DNA from: the human T2T-CHM13v2.0 reference genome, Homo sapiens
Assembly (NCBI RefSeq): GCF_009914755.1
Contig: NC_060937.1
Reading direction: 5' to 3' (one strand)
Length of the DNA stretch: 64,000 bases
The position numbers and the translations under genes were made by a program. Below, one piece after another: positions 52,092 through 64,000 of the stretch. Each line of letters begins with the position of its first letter. Within the stretch, counting starts at the first letter, position 1. Below the pieces are notes generated by a model that was not told where the DNA came from, did no database searches, and saw only the letters and a program-made list of their open reading frames with translations.

Positions 52092-54952
52092 CAGGGTCCT
52101 TGGTATACCACTTTCAATCAAGGTTGTCCATGAATGATCGGTAAGATCATGTACATTGTTTCAAGAATGACATAGGGTTTTGCTCCATTTTTTTTTTTTT
52201 TTGAAACATTTCTGGAATGAAGAATTCTGCAATGGAGAAAATTCTTGGTTATATCTGAGCCATCCTCAGAAGCATTGCATTTGCAGAAAGTCTGTTTGTA
52301 GTGAAGAGCCCAGATCTCTCCCCATGTCTTCAATTTCCAGTTAAAATGAGCAAGCCCATGATCTTACTTTACCTGTTAGGAAAATCTTACTGAAATAAAG
52401 AAGGGCAACCTATCAAAATTTTAGAATTGGCCTTCAAGGTTGCTATGTCTGAGTAACTTTAAGGTCATTTCAAGTTAGAAAAAGAAGTTTGATGGGTGAG
52501 GAGTGGTAAGGTAGACAAGCTCGCATTTCAAATATCAAAATAACTCAAAATGTCCACACTTTAATTACTTTTGTCAAATCACATATTTTAGATTCATTGA
52601 GTTCAGGAAAGGATGGTTAAACGTCATGAAAAATTGAAAATGTACTTTTATTTCTGCAGTGATGAAGTGGCATTGCAGTTCTCAGGACTCTGCTGTTAGC
52701 TGGTTTTTCAAAATTTATTGGCATGATATCCCAGTCAGCCCCAATGTCAATCAACTTTATTAAATATTTATTTTTTTGCTAAGAAAAAAACAACATGAAA
52801 GGGAGCTATACTAATAATCAAGGGCATGAATGAATATCAAAAGAAGTAATTTTTAAGTGTCTAGTATCAGATGTGTCACTTTTCATTTCACTTATAAACA
52901 ATATTTCAAGATCTTTAACACATTTTCTTTTCTCATAGATACAATTTATATTAGAAGAGTACAAATACATTTTTATTTATTATGGTTAGGTTTTAAGACA
53001 TTCATTATACACATTGAATTACAGAAGGATTTAAGCATAAAACTTAATAGTATGCCGTCAAAAAAGGAGAAGAGGGATGAGATCCTGTACAAGAAGATGC
53101 TAAATCAACATTTTAGCTGTAGTGGGTGAATAATTCTTAGGAAAGAATAATGTCCAAGTTCATAGGACCAATGAAGGTTTTATTTATCTAAAATTATCAC
53201 CACCAGCATTGACTTTCAGAAAGTCACAGAACTGGAATAGGTCATTCTATGCTACTTTTAAATTTTCAAACCAAAGGATGGATACACTTTAGTTAATACT
53301 AACTCATTTCACTGTTACAGCTAATGCACAACTCTCCAATTGGGGCAGTTAACACAATTCATTTGCATTCTGCAGATTTTTGGTTCGTGTTGCCTTTCAA
53401 ATGAAGGTTTATGACAAACTATAAGCACTCACTCAGTTGTCTTCAGTAGCATAACTGTACCATTTACAAGTAGGTAAAATTCTGGTTTTCTCTGAAGTGT
53501 GTCTTTTATACGCAGAGGGTTATCTGAGTGTATTGAGCGCTCAGTCTCATTTTGACCTGGCTTCCCCAAAAGGATCTAGCCTGTTGCACCTGGGATGCCT
53601 ACACAGTCTTTGTTCATCTGAAAGGCATGTTATTTAGAGACACATTAGAGTTTTAGTGATGTTGAAACAATATATTGAAATAATAAATAATTGCTTAATG
53701 GCAGCAGCTGTTAACTTGAACAGAATGAATGAAAATAGATGTGCCTCCTTTCCAGTCTCTCCCTTCTTCATCTCTTCTTTTTCCCTCTGAGATTTGAAGA
53801 CCTTTGGCAGGAGGCTGAATGCAGTAGGCAATGAATAATTGCTTGGTGATGGTTGTATCTTTGGATTAGCTTTGAACTGCTCTACCTTTGAAAGATGGTT
53901 TTCAAAGTGATTCCATGGAGTGTATCATGGGCCTGCTCTCTGGTGTGCAGCCTTTAGACAAGTCAACCCTAAGGCTCTTTGCTGTCTCCCGCCTAATGCA
54001 GGTCGCAGTGAGAGGTAGCCCTGAACTTCCTGGGCCCTGCAGATCCACAGAGTCAGTGGCTGAATGTGTGGCTTCCACTACAATGGCAGGAAGAGCAGTG
54101 GCAGGAAGCCACTGTTTACCACCCACCGGCCAGGTGCTCCCGGCATTCCTCTTGGAGTTAACACTGAGTGAGACAGGGAGTATGCCAGCTTTGTAACCTC
54201 ACTGCTCAGAGATCATGGAGTTAGGACATGGAAGAACTGCTATGGACCTCAGAGATTATTGTAGGGAATGACAAGTTTCAACACCCAGGCCATTTCCAAA
54301 TGACCAGTAGTACCCACTAACACTCCAGCTGATGCTCTGCATTAAGAAAAATCTGAAGCTCTGTCTAGCTTCTGGTAACAGTGCCCTGTTGATTAGTCAT
54401 GCTCGTCATGTGTGTAAAAAGAGGCTTCTTGAAATACCTCTCAGATGGCGGCCATTCCTTACATTGTTCAAGCCCATTCACTTTAAAATTTGGAAAATTG
54501 AGATTTAAAGGAATGAACTACCTGTATGCTGGTTTACCTCTCCACAGTGAATCATCCTGGGAAGAGAAAAGAATAACTGATTTTCTAACCTTGGGGATAA
54601 CTGGTCTTTCATTATCCTCTTCACTATGAGGAATAAAACATTCCTCCTTATAAGGAATTACGTTGGATCTGCAAGTCCAATGTCTCGGTTTAGATATGGT
54701 GTAGTTATAAAGACCTTCAGCCACAGCTTGGACCTGAGTCTTTATGAATATTAAGGAGAAGAAAGACTTTATTTCTAATAAATTGCTATAATGTTTAATT
54801 CAAGTCCTATATAGAATTAAAATTTGGCAAGGGATAATGTGTAATGAGGAAATCAGAGATAAGTTTGGAGGAACTTTGATGGTATGTGGAAGATGAGCAT
54901 TTAATGAAGAACTTTGAATGCCATGGAGGATTCTGGAATCAGTCATGTAGGC

Positions 54953-55156
54953 CAGGATTTTTCAACCTTGGCACTACTGACTTTGAGTCGGATACTTCTT
55001 TACAGTGGGAGGGACTGTTTGGACATTAAAGGATATTTTGTAGCATCCCTGTCTTCTACTCAATAAATACAGGAAGCACTCCCCAGCCAAGCTGTAAAAA
55101 CCAAAAATACCACCTTTCCCTTGGGGGACAAAAATTATCCCAGTTGACAACCACTG
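54953..55156 (-). mobile_element. MER20 hAT MITE
   Basis: caggatttttcaaccttggcactactgac...tagcatccctg...cccagttgacaaccactg matches the reverse of MER20. Confidence 0.9.
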
Positions 55157-58100
55157 ATATAACTACATCAGTAGCTAGAAATCTCCTGGAATTATTTAAA
55201 AAAGAATTATATGATAATGGCTTTAAGTAAGATTAATTTGTCATCTGCATTAGTATGAGTTATTTATTTAAACTTTATAACCTATTTATTTAAACTTCAT
55301 AACCTATTTTCATGATAATTTAGAGCGTTTTAAATGGAAGATTTAAAAGGAAGATGGCAGAAGAAGAAATGTCTTTTAGGAAGCCATAATTTGACAAGTT
55401 ACGTTAATTACTACTGGCAGCTGGCTCCTAAAAAATTCTATACCTCCGAAATAGGGTCATACCTGCCCTAAAAGGAGATTAAAAGAAATTATCTTTTTCC
55501 CCCTCTGTGAAGGCACGCCCTGCGTGCACTGAGATATGTACATATCATCCCTGGAGAAGACAAATAACAGACTCCATTCTCTGAAATGTCTGTCTTTCTG
55601 GGGAGTACTTTAAGGATGGTGGAATTGATATTCTGTTCCTACCTTAGGTGGATAATCTTCATCAACTTCATTCTTATTAAAACGTAGAGTTTTCTGATAG
55701 CTCTCTTAAATCATTCTCTATTCCAAATACTTTATAACTGCCTTGCAGTTCTCCAAAAGGTTAATTTTGTAGTATTTTGGTTATGAGAACATTCTTTTAA
55801 ATGATTGCAGCTAAGAGTACCTCAAACTGTCGAGATAATAATAACAACACTTTGTGCTTATCAAGAGCTTTTCCTCACCAGGGATCACAGCACTTGCCCA
55901 CATGCTCTCTGATACCCTCAGAACCTCCCTGCTGTACTAGAATTTTAGGTGGTATGTCTGAAAATGAATCCCTTACTCATTATCAGACCGCATTTTGCTT
56001 CTTCACATTCTTAATTTGAAAGCCAAATATTTCTGTTAAATCTATCTTGGCAGTTTTTTCATGCGAATATTAAAATCCAGTGCTTTTGGAAATGGAAAGG
56101 TTGCTTTGTAAATATCCAATCACATGCTCTGCTTTTGAGATTCAATAATCGAAACATTTTCCCTTGCATCTTTGATTATCATGTTCTCCCAAGTATGATG
56201 TGAATTTCCTAAAATGCACTTACTTTAGATGGATCTTATAAAAATGCTTCATCAGTGTGCTGTAAAACAATGAGATTTTTCAATGGTGAAAAAGGCGTTG
56301 AGAGAACAAAGTCCTTTTCCAGCTCTTTGCTTCATTAAACAGTCTGAAGGGCCCATCTATAGGGCAAGGCCTTGAATGGCGAGGTTATCACAACAAAAAC
56401 CCCAGCCTTGAGGAGGCTACTTCAGCAAAGAGACCCCTTGGTGTCTGTGTGTAGATGATAAAAAAGAACAAAAGCTCTGGCGCATTCACGGAGGACGCGT
56501 TCACCATGCCAGGCTTCACTGGGAAAGCGGAGTTTAGAATGAGCTTAAAACACAGCAGAACCAAGGAACTCATTCACTCCAGTGTTACTACAAATTTGGA
56601 AAAATAATCACTTCCAATTGGAGGGAATGGTTTTGAGAGGAGATGCATGGTGGTAATTAGTCAGTGCATATATTACTCATGAATAGGAGCTGCTTGATCC
56701 TGACTACAGATAAAATACGAACTCAGATGAAGATATTGATGTGGTGGCTTCGAATAAGCAGCCTGTGTTTTATTCCTGGCTATGTCCTTTTGACAAATAA
56801 AATAAATTGTAAGATGACTAAATGACAGAATAATGTTCATTAATAATACATCCTCCTCAGTAAACTCATCTTGATAAATATTATGAGCTTTTGGAATTCT
56901 ACTGTTGTTCCAAGCATGCAGCAGAAGAAAGATAAGAATAAATTATTGTTGTTCACCTTTGCAGGTAGACATTTGACTGGTTATTTTCCAAGGTGACATA
57001 AATCACAGTATCCTTTGATCTTCCATCAGAAAGAAAGAAAGTGGATTACAAATATTTATGTAGAGTCTAATGTCGCAGGTGGAATGGCTGTGAAATATTG
57101 AGACCTACATAATAAGTAGCAAAACTTTAGGGATGTTGAGAGACTTGATACCCATCTCAGCTTTTCCAGTTTCTCCAGCAAACAAAATTGATGCAGGAAA
57201 AGCAATGTAGATGTATAAAAAGTGATTTTCTTACTCATGGGGAAATCAACCCATTCTTGCTTTTTATCATCAACTTAATAACTAAAAATTTAAATAAGCA
57301 TTTATAATGCTTTCTTTTGTTTATATAATGATCAGAGTAAGGGTGTATGTATTTCATTATTAATGGGTCCTTCTAACTATTGTGTATTTAAAGTATAGGG
57401 AGAGACCAGCCCTTTGCCAGGCACCAAACCTTCTCTCAATGACACAAGCTCTCAGGTGCAGAATACTTCATTCAAAGGGGTGAGGGGAGTTGTTTCTGAG
57501 TCCTGCTCTCATATATAAATTTAAATAAATAAATAAACATATATTATATATGATATTTGTGGTGGGGAAAGGTGTTAGATAATAAGTAATACTCACTGAA
57601 ATACAAGAGGATATGACATTGTTATTTGTTTGTTTGCTGTTTTTTTTTAAATATGGCAAAAGCATCCTACTAGTGCTAAAAACTTCAGTGCACCCACCCG
57701 AGCACAGCCAATTCTCTTATTTTTAAAGCTCTCCTCATTTCTTTATATTGTTCTCACTTCAGATGCACTATATAGCCGAGAGCAAATTGAACTGAAGTGG
57801 AATTCTTAGTAGGCATAATTTTCTCCACTTTTCTAAAGAAGAATTCTAGGCCAGAATCTGATGAGCTGATCTCACTGCTCCTGCAACGGTTAGATAAGCT
57901 TAGAACTGATTCCTCCATTGCTGGAATAGACAGAGCTCAAGAAAAATCAAGCCTTATCCTGTATTAAATGGACTTATCCCCTATTTACATATATTTCTGT
58001 ATTCTTTAAGTCAAAATCCAATTTATTTAAAACACCGTCTTCAGCCTTACATATTTTACTGGTCATTAGGAAGTCCTGGCTGCAGCATTTGCTTAAAGCC

Positions 58101-59934
58101 CTGTCATAGGCCCAGATGTCTGCCACTGGTTTTTTTGCTCACATTCCTCTGCATTTATGTGTTTTTACTGACTCAGAGGATCTGAGCCATGCTCATGTGG
58201 GTAAGGACACATCTTCTGGAGTCATCCACTTTGATCACTTATCCACGCAGAGACTGCTTGCACTGACATCCTGGCATTCTGATGTGGTACACATTCCCGG
58301 TGAGCTCAGAAATCCAGCTGGGCTGGGGCTCTGCCAGGTCATATTTCTTTCTCCTGGGGTCTATCATATTGGTCACCTTCCTAATATCAGTCCATCAAAG
58401 ATTGGGTTAGATTGGATAGAATGGGCTGTGGGAAGGTGGAAATGATGCTAAAGGCCTGAGCACAAATCTAATGACCTCACCAGGAGGCTCTTTACCAGCT
58501 CAGAGCCGGGCGCAGGATTGGAGACAAATAAACTCTTGCCTGTTGAATGTCGTTGGCTGTCTGCTACTGTTTTGGAGTCTCAGTTAGCCTGCAACTTGGT
58601 TAAATTTCATAGGGCAGGGCTGTACTATTTTACCTTCTTTTTTTCTTCTCTGTGTTGTCATGGAATCAATCAATTATAATGTATTTGCTTTGGCTTACTA
58701 TACCCAATTAAAAAATCAATCAATCAATCCTGGCTCATAGGAGTATATGACTTATCCCAACACAGATTCCAAGGAAAACTAAATTTGAAGTGAGGAAAGG
58801 TAGGGTATATCTATTAGATTTCTTTTATGGGCTTTTGCTCCTTTTCTTTCTTTTTTTTTTTTTTTACTTGGGCTCAGTACCTGATGATCATTAATTCCAC
58901 CCAGTTTTCTTTGAGGCCCAAGGCATGTGGACTACTCTTTATTTCGCAGTTTCACTGCAATACATTTAATTTTTATATTTAATTAACAAAATGGCAATAA
59001 AAATGACACCTAATTTATGCAGCCAGGCTGAGACTATATCTGAGATGTTTGATAGCTTTGTGTCAGCCGAATGAAATATGATGTTTGACAAAATCCTTCT
59101 TATGATATATGACACTTAGATTTGCTACTGCACGTTTTCTCATCACGGAAACATGATTTATATTGTATTCTTCATCAGGAAATAAAACCCTGGACAAATC
59201 CCTCTCTCTATACATCTAGATCTTTCACCTTATTAATGATCTTTCATGACTGAGAGGAGTGACTGCTAATAGCCACTCTATGCAGATTATAATAAGGTAA
59301 TAAATAATTATCTTTTAAGGTTATGTACATGCTGATTTCCTCCCCAGTCGAAGTTATGTGAGGATAAATATGAGAATACACAGAGACGGGATTTCCAGGA
59401 CTTAACACATAGACAATCAGATGAGCCCATCAAATGACACATGCTATTTAAGTACTGGGCAGGCTGCACACCCTCTCACTGCCCAGCCCAGACTACCTGT
59501 GAGTGTCATATACCCATCTTTCTTCCCCTCCTCCATGTGGCCATATTACATGCTGTTTCCAGAATGCTCGCTTTTATCCTTGCTGCTCCTGTGCCTGGAA
59601 GGGCTTCCTTGTATTCATCATTTCTTAACGAATTTTTACTCCATTTCAATAAAACATTTCATGTTCTTGGAAGCCTTTCCTAGCTTGGAAACCTTGAGTA
59701 TTCCCTCTTGTGGCCTCCTATAGAGAGGACGTTTGATGAATGTATGAATGAAGTGGATTGTCATTATTGTAAAAATATTAAAGAAAGGAGCCAATAGTAT
59801 TAGAATAATTTGTTAGGATTGTTGCTGGGTTTTAACCCCCTTAAATGTGCTTGTTGTTTGCCGAGGGCTAGCTAATGTAGCTGGAGTTGTGAACCAGGGG
59901 TGTGTTCTTGTTGTTTCTTGCTTGTTTCCTGTCT

Positions 59935-60390
59935 TCCCCACTGCATGTCTCTGTTTATTTGCCCATTATGGACATTCTATGTAAGTGGAATCATACAATA
60001 TGTTGTCTTTTCTAACTGTTTTTTTCCCTTAGCACAATATTTTCAAGCTTTCTTGATGTTGTATCACATATTAGTACTTCATTCTTTTTTATGGCTGAAT
60101 AATATTTCATTCTGTGAGTCTGTCACAGTTTTTTTAAATCCTTTCATCAGTTGATGGGTACATTGTTTCACTATTTGGCTATTCTGCATAATGCTGCTGT
60201 AAACATCTGTGTGCAAGTTTTTGTGCATGTAGGTTTTTATCAATAAAATTTCAATAGGTGTATGTTTAACATTTTGAGGAACTGCCAGGCTGTTCTCCAA
60301 AGCAGCTGCACCATTTTGCATCCCCACCAGCAATACTGAAGATTCCATTTCTTCCACATCCTCGCCAACCCTTGTTAGTATATGTTTAAC
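59935..60390 (-). mobile_element. L1MB-type 3' fragment
   Basis: ttgcccattatggacatt...aagtggaatcatacaatatg...ttccatttcttccacatcctcgccaac. Confidence 0.85.
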
Positions 60391-60596
60391 TTGCCTATTT
60401 ATTTATTTATTTTACTTTTTAAGTTGCCAGATAAAATTGTATATATTTATCAGATACAACATAATGTTATGAAATATACATACACGTAGTGGAATGGCGA
60501 AAGGTAGTTAATTAACATATGCATTACCTCACATCATTATCATTTTGTGGTGAGAATGCTTAAAATCTACTCTTAGCGTTTTTCAAGAATACAATA

Positions 60597-61977
60597 CAGT
60601 CCTACACCACATAACAACCTTTTAGGCTGGTGATGGACCACATATACAACAGTAGTCCCATAAAGTTCTAATGAAGCTGAAATATTCCTATCACCTAGTG
60701 ACCATGTAGCCATTGTGACATTGCAGTGCAACACATCACTCAACAAATTTGTGGTTGAGATGGAAAACAATTTTAACCTGGGTGTGAATGAGGTTGACAT
60801 CGAGGAGCTCCTAGAGGTTGTTCCTGAGGAATTGATTAATGAGGAATTCTTGAAATCAAACAGGAACGCATAGCTGAAGAAGAATTCAAAAGAAAAGTAA
60901 ACTGCAGAAGAAAACTCCCAAAGAAAATTCAGTGAAGTGTTCAGCAGAAGTTTTTGCAGACCTCAAGCTCTTTACAAGGTTTGAAAACATGGAGCCCAAC
61001 ACAGAAAGATTTTCATTACAAAGAGAAATGTTCATGGTGCATTCCCTGCTTACAAGCAAATCTCTGATTAAAAAAGACAAACAAGCAAACCACCATGGTC
61101 ATATTTCTGAAAAGAATGACACCTCTTCAAGAAGAGCTTCAAAAGGCATCAAGGCACTGTTTTCATATGAGAAGACAGCTCCATGTGTGCTATTGCCCCT
61201 GAAGACCTTCCAGTAGGACAGGATGTGGAAGGGGAAGTCAATGATATTAGTCATTAGCCCAGTCAGGACTAGGCTAATGTGTGTATTTGTGTCTTCGTTT
61301 TTAACAAAAAAGTTTAAAAAGTGAAGAAAATATAAAAATTGTAAAAGTAGAAAAAAGTATATAGAATAAGGATATCAAGAAAGAAAACAGTTTTATAGAC
61401 CTGTACAATGTGTTGGTGTTTCAAGCTAATTATTATAAAAGAGTCAAAAAGTTAGAAATATTAAAACACTTATAAAATTAAAAAGTTAGAATAAGCTAGA
61501 GTTAATTTTTTATGGAAGAAAGAAAAATATTTTCATAAATTTAGTGTAGACTTAGTGTACTGTTTAAAGTCTGCTATAGTGGATAGTAATGCCCTAAGTC
61601 TTCACATTCATTCTCCACTCATTCTCTCACTTGCTCATCCAGAGCAACTTCCAGACCTGCAAGTTGCATTCATTGTGAGTGCCCTTTACAGGTGTACCAT
61701 TTAAAAAAATTTTAGACCAATTTTTACTGTAGCTTTTCTACATTATATTTAGATATACAAATACCATTGGGTTGTAATTGCCTGCAGTATCTAATACAGT
61801 AACATATTGCACATGTTTGTAGCCTAGGATCAAAAGGTAGTGCCAGATAACTTAGATATGTAGGAGGCTATATCATCTAGGTTTGTGTAAGTAAACTCTA
61901 TGATGTTCACACAATGATGAAATCACCTAACAATGTATGTCTCAGGATGTATCTTTGTCATTATGTGATTCATGACT
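60597..61977 (+). mobile_element. Tigger3 (Golem)-type DNA transposon, internally deleted, with a transposase C-terminal remnant
   Basis: Ends cagtc..caccacataac / ttatgtgattcatgact after a TA. ~60750-60860 translates VEMENNFNLGVNEVDIEELLEVVPEELINEEFL. Confidence 0.88.
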
Positions 61978-62470
61978 ATTGTTATTAACTATAGTCTTCA
62001 TCATGTTGTATAATAGATCCCTTGAACATATTCCTTGTATCTAACTGAATTTTTTTACCATTTGACGAACATCTCCCTGACTATCTCTGCTGCAGGTGCA
62101 CCACTCCAGACCCTAATAGCAACCATTATTCTCACTACTTCTACAAGTCCAACGATGTATCTATACTACATTTTCTTTATCCATTCTTCCATTGATTCCA
62201 TAGGTCGTTTGCATATCTTGGCTGTTGTGAATAATGCTGCAATGAACATGAAAGTGCAGGTATTTTTTTAACATACTAATTTCATTTCCTTTGGATATAT
62301 ACACAGTAGTGGGATTACTGGCTGGATAATATGGTAGTTCTATTTTTGATCTGGGGGGGAACCTCTACACTATTTTCCATAATGGCTGTACTAACAGTGT
62401 ACAAAAGTTTCCTTTTCTCTGCATTCTCACTAACACCTGTTCTCTTTTGTCTTTTTGATAATAGCCATTC

Positions 62471-62783
62471 ATTTATTTATTGATTTCAGACAGGGTCTCA
62501 TTCTGTCACCCAGGCTAGAGTGCAGCTGCACAAATTCACAGTTGACTGAAACCTTGACCTCCCCACTCCCAGGCCCAGTTTATCCTCCCACCTCAGCCTC
62601 CCAAATAGCTGGGACCACAGGCATGTGCCACTATCCCTGACTAATTTTCTTTTTAAAATTTTTTTGTAGAGATGGGGTTCCCTATGTTGCCAAGGGTGGT
62701 CTCAAACTTCTGAGCTCAAGTGATCCTCCTGCATCAATCCCCCAAAGTGCTGGGATTACAGATGCGAGCCACTATGCCTGGCT
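62471..62783 (-). mobile_element. AluJ-type SINE
   Basis: Antisense dimeric Alu with degenerate TSD gataatagccattc (62457-62470) / gacaaaagctattc (62784-62797). Confidence 0.92.
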
Positions 62784-64000
62784 GACAAAAGCTATTCTAA
62801 CTGGGATGAGGTGATATATCATTGTACTTCTGAATTGCATTTCCCTGATAATTAGTGATATTGGGGATTTTATTACATACCTGTTGGCCGCTTGTATGTC
62901 TTCTTTTGATAAATATCTTTTCAGATATTTTGTCCATTTTTAAATTGGAGTATTTGGGGTTTGTTTTTGCTATTGAGTTCTTTGAGTTTCTTATATGTTC
63001 TGAACATTAGCTACTTGGCAAATGCATAGTTTGCAAATATTTTCTCCCATTCTGTATGCTTTCTCTTCCCCACTGTTGATTGTTTCCTTTGCTGTGCAGA
63101 AGCTTCTCAGTTTGATGTAATCCCACTTCTCTACTTTTGTTTTTGTTGCCTGTGCTTTTGAGGTCGTATCCAAAAAAATCTTTGCCCACAAGAATGTCAT
63201 GAAGCATTTTTCCTATGTTTTCTTATAGTAGTTTCATAGCTTCAGGTCTTACATTGAAGAATTTAAGCAATTTTGAGTTGCTTTTTGTGTGTGGTGAGAG
63301 AAGTCTAGTTTCATTCTTCAGCATAAGGATATCCAATTTTCTCAGCACCGTTTATTGAAAAGACTGTCCTTTTCCCAATGTGTGTTTTTGGTCACTTCGT
63401 AAAAAATCAGTTGGCTGTAGATATGTGGATTTATTTCTGATTTCTCTATTCTGTTCCATTGGTCTATGTGTTCGTTTTTATGTCAGTCCTGTGCTACTGT
63501 AGTTACTATAGCTTTGTAGCACATTTTGAAGTTAGGTAGTGTGATGCCTCCAGCTTTGTTCTTTTTGCTCAAGATTGCTTTGGCTACTCAGGGTCTTTTG
63601 TAGTTCTATACAAATTTTAGGACTTTTATTTCTATTTCTGTGAAATATAGAATTTTGATTTTATTTCTACTTCTGTGAAGTATAATATTTTGACAGAGAT
63701 TACATTGAATCTGTAGATCATTTTGGTTAATATAAACATTTTAACAATTTTAATTATTTCAATCCACTAACACAAGACATAATTTAATTTATTTGTGCCC
63801 TCTTCAATTTTTTTCATCAGTGTTTTATAGTTTTCAGTGTAGAGATTTTTCAGCTACCTGGAAGAACTTATCCTAGGTATTTTACCTTTTTGTAGCTATT
63901 ATAAATGAGATGGTTTTCTTGATTTCTTTTTTGGATAGTATGTTATTAGCATAGCATAAAAATGCTACTGATTTTTGTATGTTGATTTCTGTATTCTGTA

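Larger units (their letters stand above)
60397..64000 (-). mobile_element. L1MA-type LINE (3'UTR and ORF2 3' part), interrupted by Tigger3 and an Alu, running off the window
   Basis: (TTTA)n tail, gataaaattgtatatatttat, then antisense ORF2 (ORF 62991..63200 [28 protein letters not shown]). Confidence 0.92.

Overview
Primate, almost certainly human, non-coding genomic DNA (intergenic or deep intronic). The human call rests on a near-consensus AluYa5 at 20781-21084. I can support no host protein-coding gene, RNA gene or CRISPR array. The ORF track is mostly chance ORFs and transposon fragments. By eye, roughly half of the window is interspersed repeat: L1s of several ages, about 9 Alus, a complete THE1 (MaLR) provirus, many solo MaLR/MLT2/ERV LTRs, MIR/L2/L3 relics and DNA transposons (MADE1, Charlie1-type, MER5A, MER2, MER20, Tigger3). 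The most interesting observations are: (i) two very old retroelement fossils recognisable only by ordered, frameshifted protein motifs, a non-LTR reverse transcriptase at ~27.5-27.9 kb and a Ty3/Gypsy-like RT-RNase H at ~34.9-36.3 kb; (ii) an L1 whose 5'UTR is fused directly to ORF2 with ORF1 missing; (iii) a THE1 provirus with one TSD but two dissimilar LTRs; (iv) a young AluYa5; (v) an L1 with a candidate micro 3' transduction; (vi) repeat-free, CpG-retaining stretches that may be regulatory. Repeat family names come from my memory of consensus sequences, not from a search, so subfamily labels and many boundaries are approximate. I found no convincing evidence of a wholly new biological system.
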